A DNA stretch of 64,000 nucleotides from Vulcanimicrobiota bacterium (GTDB lineage: Bacteria > Vulcanimicrobiota > Vulcanimicrobiia > Eremiobacterales > Eremiobacteraceae), in assembly GCA_963805945.1 (NCBI GenBank), contig CAWDVP010000006.1, forward strand, positions 352,001-416,000, written 5' to 3'. This document shows positions 29,669 through 39,433 of this stretch, piece by piece. The notes beneath the pieces were generated by a model. The model was not told the origin of the DNA. It searched no databases and saw nothing but the letters and a program-made list of their open reading frames with translations. The translations under genes were made by a program, and so were the position numbers. Positions within the stretch are counted from its first letter, which is position 1. Every line of letters begins with the position of its first letter.

Positions 29669-30451
29669 TTAGGTTTTATGAGGCTTTGCGCTCGTGCCGG
29701 ATTTCACAAGCTCGTCGCGCTGGCGGACCACTTCATAGAGCACGACCGCACCTGCGACGGCCGCGTTCAGGGATGCGACTTTTCCCCGCATGGGGATCGA
29801 GACCAGGTGATCGCAGTGCTCGGAGACCAGGCGCGACAAGCCTTTGCCCTCGGCGCCGACCACCAAAGTGGTCTTGCCCCTGAAATCGACCCCCGTGTAG
29901 GCGACCGAGCCTGGCCCTGCGGCGAGGCCGGTAACCCATTGGCCGTCTTCTTTGAGGTCTTTCAGGGCCCTCACCAAATTCGGGACGCGGCAGACGGCCA
30001 AGTGGGAGGCTGCTCCGGCGGCTGCACGGCGGGTCGACGCCGTGACGCCCGCGCTGCGCCGGTCGGGGATTATCATCGCGTGGGCCCCGGCGCTTTCGGA
30101 AGCTCGCATCAGCGAGCCGAGATTCTGCGGATCTTCTATGTGGTCGGCGACGACGACGAGCGCATCCGCGGTCGCCGCGAGCCGGCGACGCGTCTCCGGC
30201 CAATCGGCATAGCCGAACTCCGGCAGCGTGGCCGCGACGTGCTGATGGCGCGCGGCGCCGAAGCGCCGGAACCACGCCTCAGGCTCGATGCGCACCGGGA
30301 TGCCGCGGCGCTTGCTCGCTTCGACGATTTCTTTGAGGGCGGCGTCATGCTCGCGATGGCGTGCGATAGTGACGGCGCGCAGCGCTTCGCCGCCGGCGAG
30401 CGCTTCCGACACCGGATGGATGCCGACGATCGTCTCCTCATCGGCCGCCAT
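29669..30451 (-). CDS. rlmB: 23S rRNA (G2251-2'-O)-methyltransferase
   Basis: DPQNLG, GAEGKG, IPMRGKVASLNAAVA SPOUT motifs. Confidence 0.93.
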   Translation of the reverse strand: MAADEETIVGIHPVSEALAGGEALRAVTIARHREHDAALKEIVEASKRRGIPVRIEPEAWFRRFGAARHQHVAATLPEFGYADWPETRRRLAATADALVVVADHIEDPQNLGSLMRASESAGAHAMIIPDRRSAGVTASTRRAAAGAASHLAVCRVPNLVRALKDLKEDGQWVTGLAAGPGSVAYTGVDFRGKTTLVVGAEGKGLSRLVSEHCDHLVSIPMRGKVASLNAAVAGAVVLYEVVRQRDELVKSGTSAKPHKT

Positions 30452-31871
30452 CGACGCTCCACTCCGAGCCTTTAGCGGTGTCTTTGACCGCCACGCCAGC
30501 GCGCGCGAGCGCGTCGCGCAACTCGTCGGACTTCGCCCAGTCCTTTGCCGTGCGCGCTGCGGTCCGCCGCGCGACGACCCGCTCGACCAGCGCGGCGTCG
30601 CCGGCGACATCTTCACCTGCGGCAGCGACGAGCGCGGCGCGGTCCGCTGCGCTGAGGTGCAGCTCGGCAGCAGGCTGGGCCACCCCGGCGCTCTGCGCGT
30701 CCGGCGGCAGACCCAGGATGCGCAGGCATCGTTCGACCGCGACGGTATCAGCGCGCCCCGACTTGACGTACGTCTGCAGCCAGCCGACCGCCCCCGCGGT
30801 GTTGAGGTCGTTGTCGAGGTGCTCGCCGAACTCGGCGGGCACGGCGGCGCGCTCGACGTCGGTCGGCCGCTCCATCGAGTTCTTGAGCGCGGCGAGGTCG
30901 GCATATAATCCGCGCAGACCTTTTGCCGCCGCGTCGATCGACTCGGCGGTGAAGTTCGTCGGCTTGCGATAGCCGGTCTGCAAGAACAGGTAGCGGATGA
31001 CCGCCGCCGGGTAGCGGTCGAGCATCTGCGACAGCGGCGTGAAGTTGCCGAGCGATTTGCTCATCTTCTGTCCGTCGACGTTGAGCAATCCGGCGTGGAC
31101 CCAATACACCGCCATGGGATGCTTGCCGGTGAAACTCTCCGTCTGCGCGACCTCGTTCTCATGATGCGGGAAGATGAGGTCGGCGGCGCCGCCGTGGATG
31201 TCGATCTGATCGCCGAGAAAGCGCCGCGACATCGCCGAGCACTCGATGTGCCAGCCGGGTCTGCCCGGACCCCATGGGCTGGGCCAAGTCGGCTCGCCCG
31301 GTTTCGCCTTCTTCCACAGCGCGAAGTCGAGCCGGCCGCGCTTCTCCTCGCGCACCGCCATGCGCACGCCCGCGCGCAGCTCGTCGATGCTCTGATGGCT
31401 CAGCTCGCCGTAGCGGGGAAACACGCCTTCGTCCACCGCGAAATAGACGCCGTCGCCGGATTCGTAGGCGGCGCCCTTGCCGACCAGCCCCGCGATGATC
31501 TCTATAATGGAAGACATCTCGTGCGTGGCACGTGGTTCGACGTCCGGGGGCGTGAGGCCGAGCCGCTTAGCGCAGGCCTCATAGTCCGCGAGGTAGCGGT
31601 CCACGATCGCGTCCCAGGACACTCCCTCTTGGGCGGCACGGTCGATGATGCGGTCGTCGATGTCGGTGACGTTCTGCACGTAGGTGACGACGTAACCACG
31701 CTCGCTAAGCCAGCGCCGCAGCACGTCGAAGGTGAGAAAGGTTCGCGCGTGACCGAGATGCGGGAAGAAACTCGGCGTCATGCCGCAGACGTACATCGTC
31801 ACGCGGCCCGGGTGCAGCGGCCGGAACTCTTCGAGCGCGCTGGTCCGGCTGTTATAGAGTCTTAGTGCCAT
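30438..31871 (-). CDS. cysS: Cysteine--tRNA ligase
   Basis: [26 protein letters not shown]. Confidence 0.97.
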   Translation of the reverse strand: MALRLYNSRTSALEEFRPLHPGRVTMYVCGMTPSFFPHLGHARTFLTFDVLRRWLSERGYVVTYVQNVTDIDDRIIDRAAQEGVSWDAIVDRYLADYEACAKRLGLTPPDVEPRATHEMSSIIEIIAGLVGKGAAYESGDGVYFAVDEGVFPRYGELSHQSIDELRAGVRMAVREEKRGRLDFALWKKAKPGEPTWPSPWGPGRPGWHIECSAMSRRFLGDQIDIHGGAADLIFPHHENEVAQTESFTGKHPMAVYWVHAGLLNVDGQKMSKSLGNFTPLSQMLDRYPAAVIRYLFLQTGYRKPTNFTAESIDAAAKGLRGLYADLAALKNSMERPTDVERAAVPAEFGEHLDNDLNTAGAVGWLQTYVKSGRADTVAVERCLRILGLPPDAQSAGVAQPAAELHLSAADRAALVAAAGEDVAGDAALVERVVARRTAARTAKDWAKSDELRDALARAGVAVKDTAKGSEWSVDGGR

Positions 31872-32527
31872 CCGGCTCTTCGGACTGACGCAAGCGCGCC
31901 TCGAGCGCTTCGACGCGCTGCTGCAGCCGCACGATCGCATCGCCCTCCGGATCCGGCATATCGACGCGCGGCAGGACCGGCTCGACGTGTTTGCCGTCCT
32001 GGAAGATGATGTGGCCCGGCACGCCGACGACGGTGCAGTTCGGCGGCACCGATTTCACCACGACGGCGCCCGCTGCGATCTTCGAGCCCGCGCCCGACGA
32101 CGATCGCGCCGATGATGCCGGCGCCCGCGCCGACCACGACGTTGTTCTCGAGGGTCGGATGCCGCTTGCCGCGCTGCAGCGACGTGCCGCCAAGGGTCAC
32201 GCCTTGATACAGCGTGCAGTTGCGGCCGATCTCCGCCGTCTCGCCGATGACGACGCCGGTGCCGTGATCGATGAAGAGCCCGCTGCCGATCTCCGCGCCC
32301 GGGTGGATCTCGATGCCGGTGAGAAAACGCGACCAATTCGAGAGGACGCGCGGCAGCACGGGCACGTGCATGAGATAGAGCGGATGGATGACCAGCCGAT
32401 GCCAGAACAGCGCATGGAAGCCGGGGTACGCGAGTAGCACCTCGAGCCCGTTGCGCGCCGCGGGGTCGCGCTCGAAGACCGCGCGCCAATCGAGGTGGAT
32501 CTGCCGGAAAATCGAGTCTCGCTGCAT
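31852..32527 (-). CDS. cysE: Serine O-acetyltransferase (apparent 1-bp insertion near 32093)
   Basis: [33 protein letters not shown]; continues [25 protein letters not shown] in shifted frame. Confidence 0.93.
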
Positions 32528-32596
32528 GAGGGGTGTCCTGCTAAGGGGCTTCTGGAGTGCGCGCAGCGGGCGCGCGACCGGTCGGGTGGGCGCCGG

Positions 32597-32629
32597 TCAA
32601 CAACAACAGCAGGACGAGGCGAGAGACAT
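32597..32629 (-). CDS. Poly-cysteine leader peptide MSLASSCCCC (putative cysE-cysS attenuator)
   Basis: ATG TCT CTC GCC TCG TCC TGC TGT TGT TGT TGA, 69 nt upstream of cysE; GTCCTGCT complementary to SD-containing AGCAGGAC. Confidence 0.85.
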   Translation of the reverse strand: MSLASSCCCC

Positions 32630-32641
32630 GATGACAATGGG

Positions 32642-32668
32642 TTCGCGCGTGAGGCAGGGCCGCCCTTC
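32642..32668 (-). promoter_or_regulatory. Possible alternative-sigma (SigH-like) promoter for leader-cysE
   Basis: GAAGG-N17-GCGAA, 12 nt before the leader ATG. Confidence 0.45.
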
Positions 32669-32671
32669 GGG

Positions 32672-34192
32672 TCACGCTTGGGAGAGCGCCGAGCGGATGC
32701 GTGAAGCCACCCGCGCCGGCCCGAGCAGCGGCAGCAGCAGCGGCAACTCGATGCCATGCTCCTCGCCCGTCACGGCGATGCGGATCGGGCGGAACAGCGC
32801 GCGTCCTTTGACGCCGTGTTTCGCGCCGAGCGCAGCGAGCGCTTCCTTTGATGCGGCCTTGGTCAACGCGCCGCGGTCGGCGGACGCCTCCGCAATCGTC
32901 GCAAGCTCTTCGACCAGCGCGCGCGCGACCGGACCGGCGAGCGCGTCCTTCGCGTCGGGCTCGATCGCCACATCGCTTGTGAGCAGCGCGGCGGCGAGCG
33001 CCGGCACCTGGCTCAGGATCTCCACGTGGTCGGTCAGCGCGTCTGCGAGCAGCGCCCGCCATTGCGGATCCTGCATATCCGCGCTCGCGGCGACGGTCGC
33101 GTCGCGGGCGGCCCACTGCGCGAACAGCGCGGCGCGCTCGTCACGTGGCAGCGAGCGCAGATAGTGCGCGTTGAACCAGCGCAGTTTGCCTTGGTCGAAC
33201 ACCGCCGGGCTCTTGCTGACCCGTTCGAGCGAGAAGTTCTCCGCTAGCTCGGAGAGGCTGAAGAACTCCCGGTCGTCGCCGGGCGACCAGCCGAGCAGCG
33301 CGAGATAGTTGATCATCGCGGCCGGCAGATAGCCTTGCTCGCGATACTCCGCGACCGACGTCGCGCCATGCCGCTTCGACAGCTTTTGATGGTCCGGCGC
33401 CAGGATCATCGACACGTGCGCGAAGAGCGGCAGCGGCAGCTCCAGCGCCTCATACAGCACGACCTGGCGCGGCGTGTTCGGCAGGTGTTCGTCGCCCCGG
33501 ATCACGTGCGTGATCGCCATCTCGGCGTCATCCACGACCGCGGCGAAGTTGTACGCCGGACCGCCGTCGGACTTCATGATCACGAAATCGCCGATCGATC
33601 CCGCGGGGAAATGCACGGAGCCGCGCACCACGTCTTCGACGAAGATGTCGCGCTCGGGCATGAGAAACCGCACGGCCGGTTTGCGGCCTTGCGCGTCGAG
33701 CGCGGCGCGCTGTTCGCGCGTCAGGTCGCGGCACGTGCCCGCGTAGCGCGGCGTCACGCCGGCGCGCTCCGCCGCCGCTCGCTGCGCCTCGAGCTCTTCA
33801 AGCGTGCAGTAGCAGAGGTATGCCCGCTCGCTCTCCAGCAGTCGCGCTGCCGCAAGACCATAGCGGTCGGTCCGATCGGTCTGACGGTACGGCGCGTACG
33901 GACCGCCGACATCGGTGCCCTCGTCCCACGACAGGCCGAGCCAGCGCAGATCGTCTTGGATCACCCGCTCCGATTCGAGCGACGAGCGCGCGGCGTCCGT
34001 GTCCTCCGATCGAAGCACCAACGCGCCGCCATTGCGGCGCGCGAAGAGATAATTGAAGAGCGCGGTGCGCGCGCCGCCCACATGGAGCGATCCGGTGGGT
34101 GCGGGAGCGAACCGGACGCGGACGGGACCCGAGCTTCGCTCGGGCACGGTCGAGTAAACTCGACCGCTCCATTCCGGGTTGCGCTCGGACAT
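32672..34192 (-). CDS. gltX: Glutamate--tRNA ligase
   Basis: VRVRFAPAPTGSLHVG, ITHVIRGDEH, KLSKR; ATG overlaps ispF stop. Confidence 0.97.
   Translation of the reverse strand: MSERNPEWSGRVYSTVPERSSGPVRVRFAPAPTGSLHVGGARTALFNYLFARRNGGALVLRSEDTDAARSSLESERVIQDDLRWLGLSWDEGTDVGGPYAPYRQTDRTDRYGLAAARLLESERAYLCYCTLEELEAQRAAAERAGVTPRYAGTCRDLTREQRAALDAQGRKPAVRFLMPERDIFVEDVVRGSVHFPAGSIGDFVIMKSDGGPAYNFAAVVDDAEMAITHVIRGDEHLPNTPRQVVLYEALELPLPLFAHVSMILAPDHQKLSKRHGATSVAEYREQGYLPAAMINYLALLGWSPGDDREFFSLSELAENFSLERVSKSPAVFDQGKLRWFNAHYLRSLPRDERAALFAQWAARDATVAASADMQDPQWRALLADALTDHVEILSQVPALAAALLTSDVAIEPDAKDALAGPVARALVEELATIAEASADRGALTKAASKEALAALGAKHGVKGRALFRPIRIAVTGEEHGIELPLLLPLLGPARVASRIRSALSQA
34147..34170 (-). 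repeat. REP-like hairpin, family A variant, inside gltX 5' coding region
   Basis: Plus strand CGGTCGAGT-AA-ACTCGACCG-CTCC. Confidence 0.8.
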
Positions 34193-34665
34193 CACAGGTC
34201 TTCCACAGTGGCGACTGCGTACGCGGCCATGCCGTCGCCGCTGCCGGTGAAACCGAGCCCCTCAGTGCGTTTCGCTTTGACGCTGCAGCGATCGAGGTCG
34301 ACGCCGAGCACCCCCGCCAGCTTCGTGCGCATCGTTCCCAGATATGCAAGCAGCGCCGGCTGTTCGGCGACGATGGTGCAATCGACGTTGCCGACGCGGA
34401 AGCCCGCGGCTCGCACGATGACGACGGCCTCCCCGAGCAGTTTCACGCTGTCGGCGCCGGCGTAGCGCGGATCGCCCGCGGGGAAGCGCGAGCCGCAATC
34501 GCCGAGCGCGGCGGCCCCGAGCACCGCGTCGATGATCGCATGTGCGACCACGTCCGCGTCCGAGAAGCCTTCCAATCCGCGCTCGAACGGGATCCGGCAC
34601 CCGCCCAAGATGAGCGGCCGGCCCGGGACCAAGCGGTGGGCGTCAAAACCGAACCCGATCCTCAT
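34192..34665 (-). CDS. ispF: 2-C-methyl-D-erythritol 2,4-cyclodiphosphate synthase
   Basis: [31 protein letters not shown]. Confidence 0.95.
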   Translation of the reverse strand: MRIGFGFDAHRLVPGRPLILGGCRIPFERGLEGFSDADVVAHAIIDAVLGAAALGDCGSRFPAGDPRYAGADSVKLLGEAVVIVRAAGFRVGNVDCTIVAEQPALLAYLGTMRTKLAGVLGVDLDRCSVKAKRTEGLGFTGSGDGMAAYAVATVEDL

Positions 34666-35356
34666 CGCCCCACCCTCTCCGACTGCGCGACGACGAAGCC
34701 GCGCGTACTCGAGGTCGTCCGGCGTGGTGATCTTCATGTTGTCGTATGTACCCATCACGAGTGCCACAGGCGCGACCGAGGCGCTCCACCAGCATGGCGT
34801 CGTCGGTCGCCGCCGGACCTGCGTCGCCGCCTTTGGCGTGCGCGGCGAGCAGCAGCTCGTAGGCGAACACCTGCGGCGTCTGCGCGGACCACAGCCCCTC
34901 GCGCGGTATGGTGTGCTCGATCGTGTCCGCCGGCGTCCCCTGCTTGATCGTGTCCTTCACGGGCACGGCGGCGATCGCGGCGCCGCTGCCGCGCGCCGCC
35001 GCCGCGACACGTTCGATCAGCTCGGGCGTGACGAACGGCCGGGCGCCGTCGTGCACGAGCACGTAGTCGGGGGCCGGTGCGATGGCCGACAGCGCGGCGT
35101 ACACGGAGGCTTGTCTGGTCGCGCCGCCGGCGACCACCGCGCGCGACTTGAGCGGCGCGAACGCCGCGGCGAGCGTTTGAAAGCGCTCGCGCTGCTCCTC
35201 TTCGCACGCGATGTAGATGCCGTCCACGCACGCCGCGCGCTCCAGCGTCTCAAGCGCCCATGCGGCGAGCGGCTTGCCGCCCAGATCGAGCAGCTGCTTG
35301 GCCTGGCCGAGCCGATCGCCGCGGCCGGCCGCCGCGAGGATGGCGACGAGCGTCAT
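34662..35356 (-). CDS. ispD: 2-C-methyl-D-erythritol 4-phosphate cytidylyltransferase (frameshift near 34770; 3' end uncertain)
   Basis: [28 protein letters not shown] then [10 protein letters not shown] in another frame. Confidence 0.9.
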
Positions 35357-36410
35357 GGCTTCTTCGGCTTCGCGAAGATCATGCGCCCCGCCGCCGTCTG
35401 CAGCACCGAGGTGACCTGCACGCCGACGGTCTCGCCCATCAGCTTGCGGCCGTTCTCGACCACGATCATCGTGCCGTCGTCGAGATAACCGACGCCTTGG
35501 TTCTGCTCCTTGCCGTCCTTGACGATGTTGCACCGCCATCTCTTCGCCGGGCAGCACGACGGGCTTGATCGCGTTCGCCAATTCGTTGACGTTGAGGATG
35601 GTGACGCCTTGCAGTCTGGCGACGCGGTTGAGGTTGTAGTCGTTGGTGAGGATCGGCGCGTCCATCTGGCGGGCGAGGCGTGACGAGCTTGCTGTCGACG
35701 TCGCGCTCCGGCGCGTCCTGCTCGATGATCTCGAGCCGGCCGGACGCCTCGCGCAGCCGGTTGAGGATCTCGAGGCCCCTGCGGCCGCGCGCGCGGCGCA
35801 TCGAGTCGGCCGAATCGGCGATCAACTGCAGCTCCTTCAGCACGAACTTTGGCACGAGCAGGCGCCCCTCGATGAAGCCCGCCTGCACGACCTCGAGCAG
35901 GCGTCCGTCGACGATGACGGAGGTGTCGAGCAGCTTCGGCGGCGCTGCGCCGTCGTGCGGTCCGCTCTTCATCCAACTGCTCAAGCGCTGCCGCAGCCCG
36001 ATGCGGATGCCCGTGTAAGCGAAGAACAGCGTGATGAGCGCGTAGATGATCACCGAGATCAACGCGCCGAAACGCGGTATCTGTCGGACCGGCTGGAACA
36101 CGTCGCGAACGAGATAGGCGACGAGCAGCCCCACCACGAGACCGATCGCGCCGGAGAGCGCCTCGGCAGGCGCCATCTTCACGATCGCTTCTTCTAGGGA
36201 GCTCGAGATGCGTTCGAAGCCGGCGGCGACGAACGGCGACACCGCGATGCCGATAGCAGCGAAGAGCACGGGCAGGCCGATGTCGCGCAGCGGCGGCGTC
36301 ACGCCGAACTGAGCGAGCAAAGGCACGTGCTGCGCCAGCTCGATCCCCGCGGCCAAGCCGAGCAATCCGCACAACAGCGCGAAGATGATCCTAAGTAGTA
36401 ATCGTCCCAA
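35353..36410 (-). CDS. PIN/TRAM domain membrane protein (YacL-like), frameshifts near 35680 and 35533
   Basis: [51 protein letters not shown] spread over three frames. Confidence 0.9.
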
Positions 36411-37575
36411 GACCGGCGGGGGCCGGTAAGAATGAAGGATGTAAGAATTCCGTGCACGCGGCGTTGGCCAGCAACCTGCCACGGGCGGTGAGCCGTACCC
36501 CCTGGCCGTCTGTTTCGAGCAAGCCCGCCTCGCGACATTTATTGATGGCGGGCGCGAAGATCGCCCTCGCGTCGAGCCCGAAGCGCACGCGGAAATCCCC
36601 GTCACGTATGCCTTCGCTCGTCCTCAAGGCGAGCATCGCCGCCTCGCCGACCCGTTCCGGGAATCCCAGCCGTTCCTCGTCTACCCGCGCCGACGCGCCG
36701 CGTTCGACGGCCTCGCAATACTCGTCGAAGCCGCGCGCGTTGCGATAGCGCACGCCGCGCTCGTAGCCGGACGCGGACATCCCGAGCGCGATGCACTCGC
36801 GCTGCTGCCAATAGCCGCGGTTGTGCTCGCTCTCGAAGCCGGGCTTGGCGAAATTCGATATCTCATAATGGGCGAACCCAGCGGCGGTGAGCGACTCTTC
36901 GGCGAGCTCCAGCAGATCGGCGGTCGCATCATCGTCGGGGAATTGTTGCGGCGCACGCCCGAACCAACGCGCGTACGGCGTGCCGGCCTCGATCGTGAGC
37001 CCGTACACGGAGACGTGCTGCGGCGCGCTCGCGATCGTCCGCTCGAGCGTATGCCGGAACGACGCCGGCGTCTGACCGGGCACGCCTGCGATCAGATCGA
37101 CGCCGATGTTGTCGTGGCCACCTGCGCGCGCCGCGCCGATGTACGCGTCTGCCTCGTCCGCGCTATGCTCGCGCCCAAGCCGGTGCAGTTCCCCGTCGTC
37201 GAACGATTGCACGCCGATCGACAGCCGCGTGACCCCCGCTTTGCGATACGCGACGAGATCGTCCGCGTTACGCGATGGATTGGCCTCAAGCGTGCACTCG
37301 ATGCTGCCGCGCTCGACGTCGAAACGCCGCTGGAGCGCGCCGAGCAGCTCGGCGATGCGCGCGGCGCCGAGCGCGGACGGTGTGCCGCCGCCGAGATAGA
37401 TCGTCCGGATCGACAGATCGGGCGCGGCCGCCCGCGCCAGTTCGCCATGCAACGCGCGCAGGTAGCGCTCGACTCGCGCATGCGCGTATCCGACGACCGC
37501 GAAATCGCAATACGGGCAGATGCGATCGCAGAACGGCAGGTGCACGTAGCAGCCGGCCGGCTGCGCGTCGTTCAC
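36391..37575 (-). CDS. hemW: Radical SAM heme chaperone HemW
   Basis: YVHLPFCDRICPYCDF, GGGTPS, YEISNFA, HNRGYW. Confidence 0.9.
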   Translation of the reverse strand: MNDAQPAGCYVHLPFCDRICPYCDFAVVGYAHARVERYLRALHGELARAAAPDLSIRTIYLGGGTPSALGAARIAELLGALQRRFDVERGSIECTLEANPSRNADDLVAYRKAGVTRLSIGVQSFDDGELHRLGREHSADEADAYIGAARAGGHDNIGVDLIAGVPGQTPASFRHTLERTIASAPQHVSVYGLTIEAGTPYARWFGRAPQQFPDDDATADLLELAEESLTAAGFAHYEISNFAKPGFESEHNRGYWQQRECIALGMSASGYERGVRYRNARGFDEYCEAVERGASARVDEERLGFPERVGEAAMLALRTSEGIRDGDFRVRFGLDARAIFAPAINKCREAGLLETDGQGVRLTARGRLLANAACTEFLHPSFLPAPAGLGTITT

Positions 37576-38414
37576 GGGATGAAGAACACGCCCACGGCGC
37601 CGGGACCCGCATGCGTGCCGACGGTCGGACCTGCGCAGCAGCTGATGATCGACACCGGTTCGACCTGTTCTTGCAAGCGAGCGGCGACTTTCGCGGCGAG
37701 TTCTGGCGCGACCGCATGGAGCACGCCGAGGCGCGCCGTCTTCTTGGTCGGGATCCTTGCCACCGTCAACTCGATGAGCTGATCGACCGCGCGCGTGAAC
37801 GTCCGCACCTTGCACTGCTCGGCGATCACGCCGTCTTTGAGCGTGATGATCGGCACGATCTGCAAGACGTTGCCCAGCATGCTCTGCAGCGGGCCGATGC
37901 GGCCGCCGCGCGCGAGATACGTGAGCGTGGGAATCGCGGCGAAGAGCTGGTCGTTGGGGATGTCCGCCCGCGCCTTCGCGACGATCGCATCGAAGGAATC
38001 GCCGCGCGCCGCTTGGTCTCGCGCGCCCAGCGCCAGCAGCCCGAGTCCGGCGGACGCAGTGCGGGTGTCGATGACCGTGATGCGCGCCGGATCCACGTTC
38101 TGCGACGCGAGCACCGCGGAGTTGTACGTGCCCGAGAGCGATGCGGAGATGTGCAGCGAGATGATCCGCTCCGCGCCGCCTTCGAACAGGCGGCGGTAGG
38201 CTTCTTCGAACGCGCCGGGCGGCGGCTGTGATGTCGTCGGGTGATGCTTGCCGTGGATGAGCCGGTCGTAGAACTGGTCCGAGTCCAGGTCGACGCCGTC
38301 GCGGAAGGTCTCGGCGCCGAAGGTGACGATCAGCGGCACGACCGTGATGTCATCGCCGGCGAGCGTGTTGAGGTCGGCGGTCGAATCGGTGACGATTCCG
38401 ACTTTGCCTGTCAT
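37572..38414 (-). CDS. DegV family fatty acid-binding protein (FakB)
   Basis: IVTDSTAD, TTSQP, SLSGTYNSA, GGRIG, THAGPG. Confidence 0.93.
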   Translation of the reverse strand: MTGKVGIVTDSTADLNTLAGDDITVVPLIVTFGAETFRDGVDLDSDQFYDRLIHGKHHPTTSQPPPGAFEEAYRRLFEGGAERIISLHISASLSGTYNSAVLASQNVDPARITVIDTRTASAGLGLLALGARDQAARGDSFDAIVAKARADIPNDQLFAAIPTLTYLARGGRIGPLQSMLGNVLQIVPIITLKDGVIAEQCKVRTFTRAVDQLIELTVARIPTKKTARLGVLHAVAPELAAKVAARLQEQVEPVSIISCCAGPTVGTHAGPGAVGVFFIP

Positions 38415-39433
38415 CGCGTCGCCTCCGCGGCCGGCGGCGCGAGCGTGCGCTCGATGACGCCGACGAGATCCTGACGCGCTGCGCGCAGCGCCATGCGGCA
38501 CGCGCTATACGCGGTGAGCGCGTCCGCGCGTCCGTGACCGACGATGGCGTTGCCGCGCACGCCGAGCAGCGGCGCGCCGCCGTGATAGCGATGGTCGAGC
38601 CGCGCCCGAACGGCGCGGAACACCGGACGGAGCAGAGCTGCACCCGCCTTCGCCGAGAGGCCGGCCGATTCGATGCCCTCGCGCAGCAGTTTGAAGATGT
38701 ACTCGCTCGTGCCTTCGGCGGTCTTCAGCGCGACATTGCCGACGAAACCGTCGGTCACGACCACGTCGACATCGCCGAGCAGCAGATCGCGCCCTTCGAC
38801 GTTGCCGATGAAATGGATCGGCGCGGCGGCGAGCAACGGAAAGGTCTCCGCGGTCAGCGCGTTGCCCTTCGATTCTTCTTCACCGACCGAGAGCAGGCCG
38901 ACTTTGGGCTCCGCGATGTCGAGCACGGCGCGCGCGTACGCGCTGCCCATGATCGCGAACTGCACGAGCCATTCGGCGCGGCAATCCACGTTGGCGCCGG
39001 CGTCCAGGAGCAGCATCGGGCCTTTGTGCGCAGGCCAAGCGGTCGCGAAGCCGGGGCGCATGATGCCCGGCAGCCGCGAGAGCCGGATCGTCGCGAGCGC
39101 GAGGAACGCGCCGCTGTTGCCGGCCGAGAACGCAGCGTGCGCGGCACCCTCGCGCACGAGATCGAGCGCCTTGCCCATCGAGGTGACGCCGCCGCGGCGC
39201 ACCGCGATCGCGGGCAATTCGTCCATCGCGACCTCTTCGGTCGTCGGCACGATGCGCACGGTGGGCGGACCGCCGTGCTGGCGCACGAGCGGTTCCAAGC
39301 GCGCCGCATCTCCCACCAAGAGGATGGTGCAGCCGAACTCGCGCGCGGCGCGGCATGCGCCCGCGACGATCTCACCGGGGGCGAGGTCGCCGCCCATGCC
39401 GTCGATGGCGATGACGACGTCGTTATCGTTCAA
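38411..39433 (-). CDS. plsX: Phosphate acyltransferase PlsX
   Basis: IAIDGMGGD.AP, LDAGAN, GEEESKG, DGFVGNVALK. Confidence 0.95.
   Translation of the reverse strand: MNDNDVVIAIDGMGGDLAPGEIVAGACRAAREFGCTILLVGDAARLEPLVRQHGGPPTVRIVPTTEEVAMDELPAIAVRRGGVTSMGKALDLVREGAAHAAFSAGNSGAFLALATIRLSRLPGIMRPGFATAWPAHKGPMLLLDAGANVDCRAEWLVQFAIMGSAYARAVLDIAEPKVGLLSVGEEESKGNALTAETFPLLAAAPIHFIGNVEGRDLLLGDVDVVVTDGFVGNVALKTAEGTSEYIFKLLREGIESAGLSAKAGAALLRPVFRAVRARLDHRYHGGAPLLGVRGNAIVGHGRADALTAYSACRMALRAARQDLVGVIERTLAPPAAEATR

Noticed and set aside
32528..32671. T-box riboswitch before cysE
   Set aside because: Gap is only about 145 bp with no visible T-box antiterminator consensus (GGTGGNACC) or U-tract terminator
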